A DNA stretch of 64,000 nucleotides, taken from positions 32,818,361 to 32,882,360 of the forward strand of contig NC_069001.1 of assembly GCF_001194135.2 (NCBI RefSeq), given 5' to 3'. The notes under the pieces are model-generated. The model was not told the origin of the DNA and searched no databases. It was given only the letters and a program-made list of their open reading frames with translations. This document shows positions 24,188 through 37,500 of this stretch, piece by piece. The stretch comes from Octopus bimaculoides. Its lineage: Eukaryota. Positions within the stretch are counted from its first letter, which is position 1; each line of letters begins with the position of its first letter. The translations under genes and the position numbers were made by a program.

Positions 24188-26113
24188 CAGAGACACCAGG
24201 TCATACCTGTATTAAACCCAGTTCTGAAATATGTATGGGTGTGTTCAATTGTGCTCAAGACAGCAACACAACTGATAGTGTGACTATGACGACGACGAAT
24301 TATTAGGAACTGTATAAAAAAAAATTGTTCAAATATCTTGTGTATTGTAGAAGTGTAACTGATTTATTACACATAAATTTTAATGATGAAATCTTATATA
24401 GACCCTGGTCGGGAACCACTATAGCCGAGTCTGGTTTGATAAAAATTTGGCTGTTATTTCTCATAGGTGGAGCAACCAGTTGGTAAGGGAGGGTCCCTCA
24501 TTAGTTCTACTGTCAAGTATTTTGTCAACATTATGGAGATAAACTACCTCCCTCACCCGTATCTCAACCATTGCCACTAGATGTAACTATGCCATGATTT
24601 CTTTACAAAACAGACATTGGGTAAAGAGGAGTGTGTGTGTGTGTGTGAATGTATATATGTATGCGTGTGTGAAAGTATATAAGTATGTGTGTATGTATGT
24701 GTGGGTGTATGCATTATTATGTATGTAGTGTCCCTCTTATCTGTCATTTGTTGAAATCTCCCCCCCCTCTTCTGACCCCACTTTTCTCTGAGCCCCTCCC
24801 TTCATCTACTTTGTCATCCTTTATATCTACAGCTGTAGGCATTGCTTCATCAGAGTATCTTGACAGTCAATCAGTCATCTGCTGTTATATTGTTGCTGTT
24901 GTAGTTTAGCACCAAGTCAGTCTCAATTAGATAGACATTCCATTCATGGCCATCCCAAACATCTTTTTTTTTTAAAGATTTATTTTTTAGACATAATGTA
25001 CTTAGAACTACATTATCCAGTATTATGTGGTTTGAGAAAAAATTGGCTGCCATTTCTAGAAGGCCAGACGACCAAATGTAGGCCTGCTCATTGGCTCTTG
25101 CTTAGTTGTTTGTGTCCAACAGAAGAGCTATGTGTGTGTATGTATGTGTTTCTGTGTGTGTGTGTGGTGGGTTTTTGTATGTGTGCTTGGTTTCTGCTTC
25201 TCTATCAAAAGCATTGACCCTATCAATAATACCAATCCACCTCTGTGTCTATGATACAAAACCACTTGTTTAAAATATTCATATTTAAATTAAAGCTTTC
25301 CTTCATAATTTATATAAAAGCCTTTTTGTTTGGTTATGTTCCAAACATTAGTTTAATGACAAATTTAGTTAATTTCATTAAATGTATTTAGGAAAAAGTG
25401 AGACTTTGATAACCACAGTTTCTGCAATTCTCTTCTGTTTTTCAAGTTCTTCCAGGTTTATAAAACTCTCAGATGTCCCTCTCTTTTTTTTTTTAAAGAC
25501 AGTATAGTTTGATTTAAGAGAGATTTACTTCTATTTCTAGCAGGTCAAGCAACTATATCTAGAACAGCGATTCTCAAAGTTGTTTATTTGCTGCACACAT
25601 TGGCGTAAATATAAATATTTTGGTGAATTTTGTGTATCAAGTTTGAAAAAAAACCCAAAAAACCATGTACTAAAAATGGATATTTATATGTTTTAGCTTG
25701 TAAATAACACAAACATTGCAAACTGATGGACATTACCAAGTACTTCCTTATTGGATACAGGAATCGTAGTTTATCAACGAGAAATATGAGTTTGATGTTT
25801 GTTGGTGATATTTTCTGTTTTGACATGTTTGTGATAAACATTGCTGTAGTTCATCTCCTAAGCAGTGATGCTGCTGCTCTCTCTCTCTCTCTCTCTTTCT
25901 GTTTTTTTTTTTAGTATGTTTTGCTGTAAATGTTAGTAAGTGAAGAATATTCCATTGAATTTTGTGGTGTGTTTAGTTCTATCTCACCAAACATTAGCAC
26001 ACATGGAGTGAGATGACTGGGTGTGGCTGTTTGGATGCTGAGGATCTGGCATGACTGACTGGACATTCAACCAGCTTTTGGTGACAATGTGTTTTGGTAT
26101 TGGAGGCGCACAC

Positions 26114-26149
<36 letters not shown>

Positions 26150-26499
26150 ACACACATATGCATGCACAAGCAGAAATATACACATAGAGAGAGAGACTTA
26201 ACATATATATATAAACATAATTAGATGCTCACAAACATATACATACATACACACACACATAGAGGCAGGCACAAAGGTCTCTTTAACTTTTTAGCTTTCA
26301 AACTGGCCATAAACTGACTTGCTCTGGCCTCTTGTGCCTACCTGATAATGTCATTCTAAAACTAAGCAAGCACATCATCAACAACTCAAAGTTAAGAAAC
26401 AATGCCTGATTAATTGAAAACAGTGTGAATAAATAACAAGAACGTTTGATAAAGTAACACAAATGCAAAAAGGTTAAAGCCATTCATTTTTTTCTTTGC

Positions 26500-27164
26500 T
26501 TGGTCAATAATGTACTTTTTTTTGGTACTCAGTACTTAATAAAAGAGTTACTGGTAGATTCTTTTGTATGAAATAATTATGATAAATTATTAAAAATATA
26601 TTTCTGTAGCTTTGAGTCTCTTCTCCATGACTTTGCTTATTGTCCAAGACTCCATACTTAGTATGGAGTCTCCATACAAGACTCCATACATCCATACTTA
26701 GCACTGACCAGATGTAGCCCTTCAATAGTCTTTTCTTGACTTCCATTCCAATTCTCTTTGCACAAAAAAAAAAAATGCTCCTCATATCCATAAAAGTTTT
26801 CTTTACTAATCCAATTCTGTACTTGATGTCCTTATCTAAGCTTCCCATCTGATGTTATCCAACTTCCCAGATATATGAAACCATCCTTCTGCTCTATCCC
26901 AATTCCATTCACCCTCAAGCAACATGCGGATGCCTGTGCTTTCTTGAGAAGGTTTTCTGGTAGTTAGTCATCAATCCAAGCTTTCCACTCTCCTCAGTCA
27001 TGATATTAACCAATCCATGAAACTTTTCTTCTGTGTCCACAAAGCCATATCGTCTGCGTACCTCAGATTGTTATAATTCCTTTCCCCCAGTTGTAGCCCT
27101 GCAATAGTCTCGATCTTGCTTATAGCTTTCTCACTATACAGGTTGAATAAATCAGGTGACAAAA
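26500..27164 (-). pseudogene. RTE (BovB-like) reverse transcriptase fragment
   Basis: LSPDLFNLYSEKAI...RNYNNLRYADDMAL, EESGKLGL, YLGSWITSDG, DKDIKYRIGLVKKTF, KKRLLKGYIWSVL; frameshifted. Confidence 0.92.
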
Positions 27165-28404
27165 TACAAAATACAACAGTGGGGCGGGATAGGTTGGGAA
27201 AAACTCCTATAGAGCCATCTTACTCAGATTGTTGCAAAAGGCCTAAATGTTAAGACTTCCTGTACCTGAGGGTTTCTATTTATTTAAGAAATCTCTGTTT
27301 TGATGTATGAAAGATGAGGTTATTTTCTTATTGCAAATGATTGCAACTCGGTAATAGCTGAGACTGCTGTCAGCCAGAACTATTATCTCTTCCCCCATAG
27401 CAATATAAACATCAATGACATATGAGAGCTGATTTAATAGACTACATCTTTCCCCTAAAATTTGTAGCTTTAGAGTAAATGTTTTTATGTTTTTTTTTAA
27501 AGCCAAAACACTGATTAAAAAGAAATAAGAAGTCAATGGTTTGCCCTTGAATCCTATATTTTGGAGTTAAGACCCCCTATTTAGGAAAAAGAAATAACAA
27601 CACCAAATCTCTGATTTCTTTTTCTCGAAGCAGGACATCTTAACCCCGAAATATTGGAATATAAAATAAAAATGCTAACATTTGACCTGTCTTTATTTCT
27701 TATAACTTGCATTGTCTCGGTTTTTCAAGAACATTTACACTATAATGTTGTTTAACCTTAAGCTGGCCCTAACTGGGTAAACCTATAATTCCAGCTATAG
27801 CTATCCAACTTGGTAAGAGCTGAGACATCTATATGCCAGCGCTATCATTTGTTTTCCAATAGCAATATAAATTTCAGTCTTGTATTAGAGTTGATCTAAT
27901 TGACCACATCTCTCCCCTAGAATTTGCAGCTTTCTATGTATGCCAGAAACCATTAATATTATCAATGTTTGACAGCATTATGCTTCTGTTCAAGTTTATT
28001 TTGGACTACATTATCTTACATATTCTCCTTTTATTTCTCTTTTAATGATGATGGTGTGATTTGAGAGATTGGAGGTAAAAATGACATATACACTGTATGT
28101 GTTTCTTTACATTTTCAGTTCAAATCCTGCAGAAATCGATTTTTACCTTTCATCTTTCTCAAATCAACCTAATTAACTGTAATTTTCTCCTCACTTCCAT
28201 CACCAAGTAGATGATTTTGTAAATATTTGATATAAACAATTGTTGTGGGTGGCAGAATTGGTAGGTTACTGGACGAAATAAACTACTTTGTGGTATTTGC
28301 CCTGTGTCCCTTTATGGCTGAGGTCAGCTCATAATTGAGATAAATTATTTTCAATTGTTTTCCCTGAATTCCAAAAGTATAGTCTCAGTTTCTTATATAG
28401 AAAT

Positions 28405-28800
28405 CCTCATCATCTTCATCATCATCCTTTTCATCACTATCATCATCATCATCATCATCATCACTCCCATCATCATCCCCACCATCATCATCACTATCAT
28501 CCTCATCACTGTCATCATTATCACTTCCTCCTCCACCACCACCACCATCATCATCACCATCATCATCACTACCATCATCATCACCATCACTACCATCACC
28601 ATCATCTTTGTCATCACCGCCACCATCAGTTGTCATCATCACTGTTGGCAGTGACAACAGCATAATCATTGTTGTCATCAACATCATCATTATTGCCCCT
28701 TCGTCATCATGTTCATCGTTCTCATCATCATCTTTGTTATCATTCTCATCTTCATCGTTGTCATCCGCATCATCTTCACCCATCATCATTTTACAGAAAG
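28405..28800. repeat. Compound (CAT)n/(CAC)n microsatellite; a similar (ACT)/(ACC) tract lies at 13420-13720
   Basis: Direct; accounts for the poly-Asp/Ile/Met ORFs in the track. Confidence 0.95.
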
Positions 28801-29137
28801 CATCTATGTTATTTATATGATGGCTGATACTAGAAAACATTAATCATTAATATTTCTAATTTTCAACTTTTATTATATTCATTATATATATTATTGTTTC
28901 TGGTATAAATTAATATTACTAAGAAATATTACCAGTCCCTGGCACATTGGGAAAAAAAAAAAAAAACTGCTGGTACGCCACTTCAGATAGTTTGAGAAGC
29001 ACTGCTCTATTTTATCAGTCTGATAAAAGTCAAGATGAAAGTTGACCTTGGTTAGGCTTGAACTCAGAATCTAAAGAGCCAAAATAAATACTGCAATAAA
29101 TAATGCTCTAATAAATTCTGCCAATCCACAATGGTCA

Positions 29138-29353
29138 TAAGGTTGCAAGCTGGCAGAAACGTAAGCACGCCAGGTGAAATGCTTAGTGGTATTTCGTCTG
29201 CCTTTAAGTTCTGATTTTAAATTCTGCCGAGGTCAGCTTTGCCTTTCGTCTTTTCAGGGTCAATAATTTAAGTACCAGTTGCATACTGGGGTCGATCTAA
29301 TCGGGTGCCCGTCCTCCCCCAAAATTTCAGGCCTTGTGCCTAGAGTAGAAAAG
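29138..29353 (+). mobile_element. SINE A, full length, with 15-bp TSD
   Basis: TSD aatccacaatggtca at 29123-29137 and 29354-29368. Confidence 0.9.
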
Positions 29354-29813
29354 AATCCACAATGGTCACCGATTTCTGAAAGTTTTGAGTCTATTAAATG
29401 GGTACAAGTATTTTACTGGTACTTATTTTATCGATCTTCATATGATAAAAGACTGAGTCAGCTCTAAGGTGCATTGAACTCAGAACGGAAGCGGATGTGA
29501 CTACATATGGCAGGGCTTTTAGTTTCATTTCCTCTATTGATTCTATCTTATGTTGGATATTGTTTCGCCTTCACCAACTATCAACAGGAAATGTCTATGA
29601 CTACATCATCTACTGACTGAAGAATATGTATGTGTGTGTGTGTTTTTGTGTGTGTGTAGGTATGGCTGTGTGGTTAAGAAGTTCACTTTTCAACCATATG
29701 GTTTTGGGTTCAGTCCCACTGCTTGGCACCTTAGCCAAATATCTTCTACTATAGTCCTGGTTTAACCAATGGCTTGTGAGTAAATTTAGTGGGGAGAAAA
29801 CCATAATTTGTGT

Positions 29814-29865
<52 letters not shown>

Positions 29866-29874
29866 TATATTCTT

Positions 29875-30470
29875 TTATTCTTTTACTTGTTTCAGTCATT
29901 TGACTGTGACCATGCTGGAGCAACGCCTTAAGTCAAACAAATTGACCCCAGGACTTATTCTTTGTAAGCCTAGTACTTATTCTATCGGTCTCTTTTGCCG
30001 AACTGTTAAGTTACGGGGATGTAAAAGCACCAACATCAGTTGTCAAGTGATGGTTGGAGATTAATCACAAACACACACAAAAATATATATATCCACACAA
30101 CAGGCTTCTTTCAGTTTCTGTCTACCAAATCCACTCACAAGGTTTTGGTTGGCCTGAGGCTATAGTAGAAGACACGTGTCCAAGGTGCTATGCAGTGGAA
30201 CTGAACTAGGAACCATGTGCTTGGGAAGCATTCTTCTTATTTCTTTATTGCCCACAAGGGGCTACACACAGAGGGGACTAGCAAAGACAGACAAACGGAT
30301 TAAGTCGATTATATCGACCCCAATGCGTAACTGGTACTTATTTAATCGACCCCGGAAGGATGAAAGGCAAAGTCGACCTCGGCAGAAAATTGAACTCAGA
30401 ACGTAACAGCAGACGAAATACCGCTAGGCATTTCGCCCGGAGTGCTAACGTTTCTGCCAGCTCACCGCCT
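29875..30470 (-). mobile_element. SINE B (29875-30232) abutting a CpG-intact SINE A with an alternative tail (30233-30470)
   Basis: A tail here is ...cccttgtgggcaataaagaaataagaa; B head is cut at the junction. Confidence 0.85.
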
Positions 30471-31592
30471 TCTTCTTGTCACACACACACACACATGCAC
30501 ATGCACATATTTATATATGTGTTCTACAAAGGCTGGTTCTACAAAGAAGAGCTGTAGTGGGATTGATTGAAAATAAGAGTAGCGGAACCCTTGTGCCAAT
30601 GGAATTTGATGAAGACTGTTTTAATATAAAGAGAAATTAACTAAAAGTTTGATCCTCTTATCTCTTGCTATTTCTGCTGTTTAGCACCGATACCACCCAG
30701 AGAACACAACACTATAAGATTTAGAGCTAAGATTAAGAATGCATTTGTGGTACTAAATTTAACAATTGCAACGATTAGGATTCCATGGTTTGTCTTTTTT
30801 CTTATTTTTTATGACTTCAACACATAACTGCACCGTCTGTTAAATACAGCCTGACAGACAGGCTGTAGCTAATTAAAAGAAAAAAGACAAGAGAAATAAA
30901 AAAAAAAACCCTGAGAGAAGAATTAGTGAAATAATAGAAATAGTTGTTAAGAAGAAAGGAACCAGCAGCCTTTACCGAAGCAAGGAATAGCCAGGCAGCG
31001 AATGTAAGAATGTGTGAGCTTCTACAAAACAGTTGCACTGTCTCTAATAATCTTGGAGGACAGCATTTCTCTACATGTAAGCATGTGCTAACGAAACTGC
31101 ATGCATATGCAAACACTCACTGCAGGCAAATACACATAGGAATACTTGTCTATATATATAAACACGCATGTGATTCCCTTTCGGTATTTCTGTATTTGCA
31201 TATTGTGCATATTATGCACATGTCAGGTGCATATGCATGCATGTTTTAGAAAGATGCACATATTAAATTTGGTATGCGTGTGTGTTTATGTGAGAGACAT
31301 AGTGGTAGATAAGGCAGCAATTAACGAAAAATTATAATTAAGAAAAGAAGTGGGGGAAAAAAAAAAACAAAAAAATTAATGGCCACTTTTGCCCCCTTTC
31401 AGCTTTCTGAGAGGTCGATAAAATAAATATGTGGCCTTGATGATGGGTGTAGGGAATCAATGTAGATTCCTCTAGTGTAGATGGGTAGTGGGGCCCTTAT
31501 ATTTGTCACAATCCAACAAGGGGGGAACCATTTGAAGTAAAAGGAATAATCGTAGAAGAAATCTTTTAGAGAAATCACACCATACTGGGTAT

Positions 31593-31643
<51 letters not shown>

Positions 31644-32085
31644 CACATAGATTGATTGAGCATAAACACACACGTACTTAGAGACACTCCTCATTCGTCT
31701 TTTTATGTCTAGGGAGTAGTAGTTGTATATAAGGTCTATTGATTGAAATATTTCTAGTACCTTCTTTGGATTCCTTATGCTTCTCATCATAGCTCTAGCT
31801 CATGTTGTTGTGGTCGGTGTTGTTTCTATATTATCCATCCCACATTTTAGAACAAAATGCAGGCAACGACTTTCACCGTGGGAAAGTGAAAATTTAACTC
31901 TTGTCAGCAATTTTTTTCACACACATGCACACATACATATCTACACAGGCAGGGATGGACAGACACACATACACATGCATACACGCACAGGCAGGAACAG
32001 GCAGACACAGACACACACACACACACACACACTCACACACAGGTGGGCATCAACACATACACACACACATACACAGGCAGGTAGC

Positions 32086-32118
<33 letters not shown>

Positions 32119-33534
32119 TCACAGAAGCAGGCATGCAAGCATACATACACACACACATACATGTAGACACACACACACATATACATATGCAGGCTCACAC
32201 ACAAACACGTACACACATGTACAGACACACACATACAAACACATACACAGATGCAGGCACACAAGTACACAAGCAGACACATCCACACACACATACACAC
32301 ACACACATTTGTTCATTTTAGTGAGAAACCTCTAAGTATTGACTTGTACAGTAGGGTTTATAGATTCTGTCCCCACCCTTCTTCCACTCCCTCCTTCATT
32401 TTTTCTTTTTTTCTTTCTGCCTGACTTTCTTACAGTCTTTAAGTCTTGGTCTGTTTTTCCTTCCTCAGCGACTGAATCAGATAAAGCCAGCTAAACTACA
32501 CTTTGACAGTGTTGAAAGATAGAGCTGCCCCAACCCCCCTCTCTCTCTTTCTGATACCAGCCCATGGTACTTAGCTTACTCCTTGAGGAGCTACTATATG
32601 GTCATACGATTTGCTAGAAATAGCAGCTAAATATCCCTCAAATCATACTCTGCAGCAGTGGTTCCAACCCCCTTGTTTTTTTTTTGTCACTGATGGCATG
32701 CTTTAGTCCCTTAGCGTTTAAACTGGCCATACCAAGACAAAATATTTTAACTGATTTATATTCAGACTGACTGGATCTGGCCTCTTGTACTTACCCTATA
32801 ATGCCACTAAAAATAAACAGTCACATCATCGAAATCTCAGTTATGAGATAATGTATGATTTAAAACAAAGTGAAAAAAATAAGCATTACATTCGACAAAA
32901 TAATCTAAATGCTAAAGAGTTTAAAGCAAATGGAATTATTTTGGCACACTTTCAGCATTGTCTGGAAAAAAATACATCAAAAAAGAAAGAGATATGTGTT
33001 TAACCTATAAATAGCAGCTAAATATCCCTCAGACTCCAATCTACTGCAGTGATCTGAAACCTTTTTGCTGTGTGTGTAAATTATTTTGGCACACTTTGTA
33101 CATAGATTAGAAAAATTGTATTTAAAACAAAATAGGTATTTGTATGTTTAGCCTATAAATAGCAGTTAAATGTCCTTTAGATTACATTCTTCTGCTTTGG
33201 CCCCCAAACCATTTTTGTTTTATTGATGGGGCAGTTTAAACCTTTAGCATTCAAATTACTTCAGGAAATGTGATGTTTATCTATTCACATCGTTTTGAAT
33301 TAATCATGCATTTGTCTTGTACGTAGCTTCAAGATTTCAATGATGTGGGGATTCACTCTTTTACTCTTTTACTTGTTTCTGTCATTTGACTGCGGCCATG
33401 CTAGACCTGAGGACTTATATATCTTAAGTCTAGTACGTATTCTATCGGTCTCTTTTGTTGAACTGCTAAGTTATGGGGACGTATGCACGCCGCCATTTGT
33501 CAAGTGGTGATGGGGGTGGGGAGGATAAACACAG

Positions 33535-33591
<57 letters not shown>

Positions 33592-34818
33592 GAAGGTGTG
33601 TGTGGNNNNNNNNNNGGGGAGGGGGACAGTCGATTAGATCGACACCAGTACACAACTGGTACTTAGTTTATCAACCCCGAAAGGATGAAAGGCAAAGTCA
33701 ACCTTGGTGGAATTTGAACTCAGAACGAAAAGACAGACGCAATATTGCTAAGCATTTTGCCTGGTGTGCTAACATTTCTTAATTCTTTATTGCCCACAAG
33801 GGTTAAACATAGAGGGGACAAACGAGGACAGAGAAAGGGATTAAGTCGATTACATCGACCACAGTGCGTAACTGGTACTTAATTTATCGACCCTGAAAGG
33901 ATGAAAGGCAAAGTCGACCTTGGCGGAATTTGAACTCAGAATGTAACTAACTAATAAAAGGTAACAGACAGAACTATAGTTATTCTTGAACCCCAGGGAA
34001 TCCCTAGTGAGCGTACCTATAATCAAAGCCTTTCCACACAGCCATACCAACGCATAAACGATTTAAAAACTTTTTATCAGATAGTTTTCCTGCTTTCTTT
34101 GATAACCAGTAAACAATTGCTGACGAGAGGTAAATTCCAATTGAATCAGACATTCTTTTAGCTTATGTCATTTAGTGAAAATCGTTGGGTTTTACCTGAA
34201 TAGTCAACAATTTTCCGGTGTGGACAGCACATCAGGAAATGGGGAGAACAGGTTTTGGGAGGGGATGCTTTTTTTTATATTAAAAAAAATTTTGTTTTTA
34301 CTTTCTTTTGTTCTTCACTCCTCTCTTAACTCAATCATGTGACCGTTACATAAATTTCATATATCCGTATTTGATGACATAAAAGGCACAAAGGCTCATT
34401 GGACACACCCCAGTTTTTTTCAGCACTGCATATTCAGAGAAAAAATGTTTTTAGTGCTTGTACTAAAGCATGTAATATTTAAGGTCATCCTGCAGTAGTT
34501 CTCAAAGCATTACAAAAATACCTCAGCTACAACAGAGAACATTACTGTATATAAAAAGTAAGCATTTCGTCTGCCTTTACATTCTGAGTTTAAATTCTAA
34601 TGAGACTGACTTTGTCTTTCATCCTTTCGAGGTTGACGAAATAAGTACCAGTCATGCATTGGGGTTGATGTAGTTGACTAACCTCTCTCCCAAAATTTCA
34701 GGCCTCTTATTGTGTTTTTTTAACCCACTGCCATGAAAATGTTGTAATAATTTGCTTTATATAAATTTTCCTCGTAAATTTTTGATTTTTACCTCGATTT
34801 TCCCCAAGTTTATGGTAC

Positions 34819-35046
34819 TTAACCCTTTTGATACCAGCCTGCCTAGGACTGCCCCAGGTTCCATGACCTAAACTTGCTATTTTAAGGTGATCTAAGTTAT
34901 AATCTTCAATCAAAATTTTATGCTAATTTGTTCCAGACCCCAGCTTAATAATGAGAAAGTTGTTTTACTAAATACTTCATTATTTAAAAATTTAATTGAA
35001 GCAAAAGCAGCATATGTTGACAAAAATATGGTAACAAAAGGGTTAA
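34819..35046. mobile_element. piggyBac-type MITE P1, full length (220 bp between TTAAs)
   Basis: TTAA-CCCTTTTGATACCA ... TGGTAACAAAAGGG-TTAA; TIRs match 13/14. Other copies at 39674-39903, 59909-60351, 62436-62650 and 63796-64000. Confidence 0.85.
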
Positions 35047-35592
35047 TTTACACAGAGATACTGTGTTTTGAGTTCAAATACCTTTGATCAGGAATTTTAT
35101 CTTCCATCCCACCAGGGTTGAAAAATTAAGTAGCTATACTTGAGCCAATGAGTGAACCTTCATGCAGATACTTGACTTGCTAGTAATAATAGCTAAAGCT
35201 CCCTCAAATTGCACCTATTATCCCACAAAGTGACAGACACATTGGATAACATCATGCTTGCAATATGTCTGGATAAAAGGCGGCCAACTTTGTCTTTCAT
35301 CCTTTTGATAAAATAAGTACCAGTTGAGCACTGGGGTCGATGTAATCGACTCCCCCCACCCCTCAAAGTTGCTGGCCTTGTGCCAGAATTTTATAAGAAA
35401 ATTAAGAGAAAAGGCTGAGAAATTTATTTTAAGATATAGAAAAGTAACTTATGGAAGTCATTAACTGAAATTATCCTGATATGAATAATTCTTTGGAACT
35501 GAATTTAATCTGTGGTTTTCTGTTTGTGACCTACTGTTACCAACACGATATTGAAGTACTGGGAAGTATTTATGTGTGTGTGTGTGTATATG

Positions 35593-35634
<42 letters not shown>

Positions 35635-35689
35635 TAAGTATTCATGTGTATGCAATATGTATTAATGCATATACACAATAATGTGTGTT

Positions 35690-36030
35690 TATTTGTATAC
35701 ACTAAGAAATATTTATGTGTATATACTTGTATGTATTTGTATGTATTCAGCAAGATGTATTTATGTGTATATACTTGCATTCATTAATGTGTATACACTA
35801 ATATATATATTTATGTGTATACATTAACATGTATTTATGTGTATATGCTAATATATATACTTATGTGTATAAAATAGGATGTATTTATATGTATACATTA
35901 ACATGTATTTATGTGTATACACTAATATATATATATATTTATGTGTATAAAATAAGATGTATTTATGTGGAAACATTGACATGTATTTATGTGTATATAT
36001 TTGCATTTATTTATGTGTATACATTAGTAT
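35690..36030. repeat. AT-rich minisatellite built on atttatgtgtata
   Basis: The motif recurs about ten times with variable spacers. Confidence 0.85.
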
Positions 36031-36478
36031 GTATCTATATATCATGATTTTTTTTTTATGGGGATATAGTTTCAGCATTCCTGTAAAATATTTTTGGGTC
36101 CTAACCCTTAATTAAAAACATTTGGGATTGACAGCCAAAGAACCCCAGTATCAACTGAGTTTGGTTTCATTCAGTTTTGATAAATTCAGGATCATGTATT
36201 CTCACTAACTAGATTTTATAATATATCTGGAAATAATCGTTTTTTTTTTTTTTTTTTACTGCTTTCATGGATTCCCATGACACTCTGTCATCATCCAATT
36301 ACGAATTATTATGAATATGAATTGGGAATTTGAGTCATAGTGACTCTTTCATTAGCTGATTACACAACCATGGACGCCACCCCTGTGGAGTTGCAGTTAC
36401 TCTCTTGATAGAGTTTGGGGATCCTGACGATTGATCTTCTAGGATTCCTTCACCCAGCATCGATATAAAAAGAAAAAA

Positions 36479-36591
<113 letters not shown>

Positions 36592-36609
36592 ATAATAATA
36601 ATAATAATA

Positions 36610-37043
36610 ATTGTTGTAGACTAATTGATTTAAGTAATCCCACTGGTAAAAATATATCTGTAAAGGAATTTGGCAAATTAGGTAAATATAAAGACCTGGA
36701 AATTGAAGTACAAAAGATGTGGCATCTTAAAGCAAAAATTGTTCCTGTTATTGTAGGTGCTGTAGGTATGATAAAAAATGTGATGTCAGAAATATCTAGA
36801 CAACATCCCAGGAGAACCATGTCTCAGAGAAATCCAAAAGACTGTGCTGACAAGTACTGCCACATCTTTAGAAAAACCCTATCAACTTAAATGTTTGTGT
36901 TGTGTTACATGGAGTTATTTTGCTACTGCCCTGGCTACTTCACCTCCCCAAGCTTTCAGTTATTCTGTAACATCCTTCATTTGCCCTAGGGTGCTGGGTG
37001 TGTCTTGACAAGTGAATTCAACAAACATGCATATTAAAAGTAA
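36610..37043 (+). mobile_element. 5'-truncated R4/Dong-like non-LTR retrotransposon (restriction-like endonuclease C-terminus plus 3' UTR)
   Basis: CRLIDLSNPTGKNISVKEFGKLGKYKDLEIEVQKMWHLKAKIVPVIVGAVG../QKYLDNIPGEPCLREIQKTVLTST/IFRKTLST* (stop 36888-36890); (TAA)n on both flanks. Confidence 0.85.
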
Positions 37044-37072
37044 ATAACAACAACAACAATAATAATAATAAT

Positions 37073-37285
37073 CCTTTCTACTATTGGCACAAGGCCTGAA
37101 ATTTGTGGGGAGAGGGTAACTTGATCACATCGACCCCAGTGTTTCACTTGTACTTAATTTATTGACCTCGAAAGGATGAAAAGCAAAGTCGAACTTGGTG
37201 GAATTTGAACTTAAAGCATAAAGATGGATGAAATGCTGCTAAACATTTTGCCTGGTATGCTAATGATTCTGCCTGCTTGCCACCT

Positions 37286-37335
<50 letters not shown>

Positions 37336-37500
37336 CCTTTCTGTTATATGCACAAGGCCTGAAATTTTGGGGGTTTGGTATAGTTGATTACATTGGCCCC
37401 AGTGCTCAGTTGGTACTTATTCTGTAGACCTTGAAAGAATGGAAGCAAGTTGACTTTGGTAGAATTTGAACTTGGAACATGAAGCCAGAGAAAATAGCAA
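37073..37500 (-). mobile_element. Two tandem SINE A copies separated by (TAA)n
   Basis: 37073-37286 full length; (TAA)n 37287-37335; 37336-37500 partial. Confidence 0.88.

Noticed and set aside
28385-28840. Asp-rich, Ile-rich and Met-rich ORFs, and other long ORFs in the track
   Set aside because: Translations of (CAT)n, (CA)n, (CT)n or (TA)n tracts, or ORFs that run through N gaps.
30845-30867. 9-bp perfect stem (tacagcctg/caggctgta) in a candidate UTR exon
   Set aside because: Short, and the ACAGA loop matches no known element such as an IRE.
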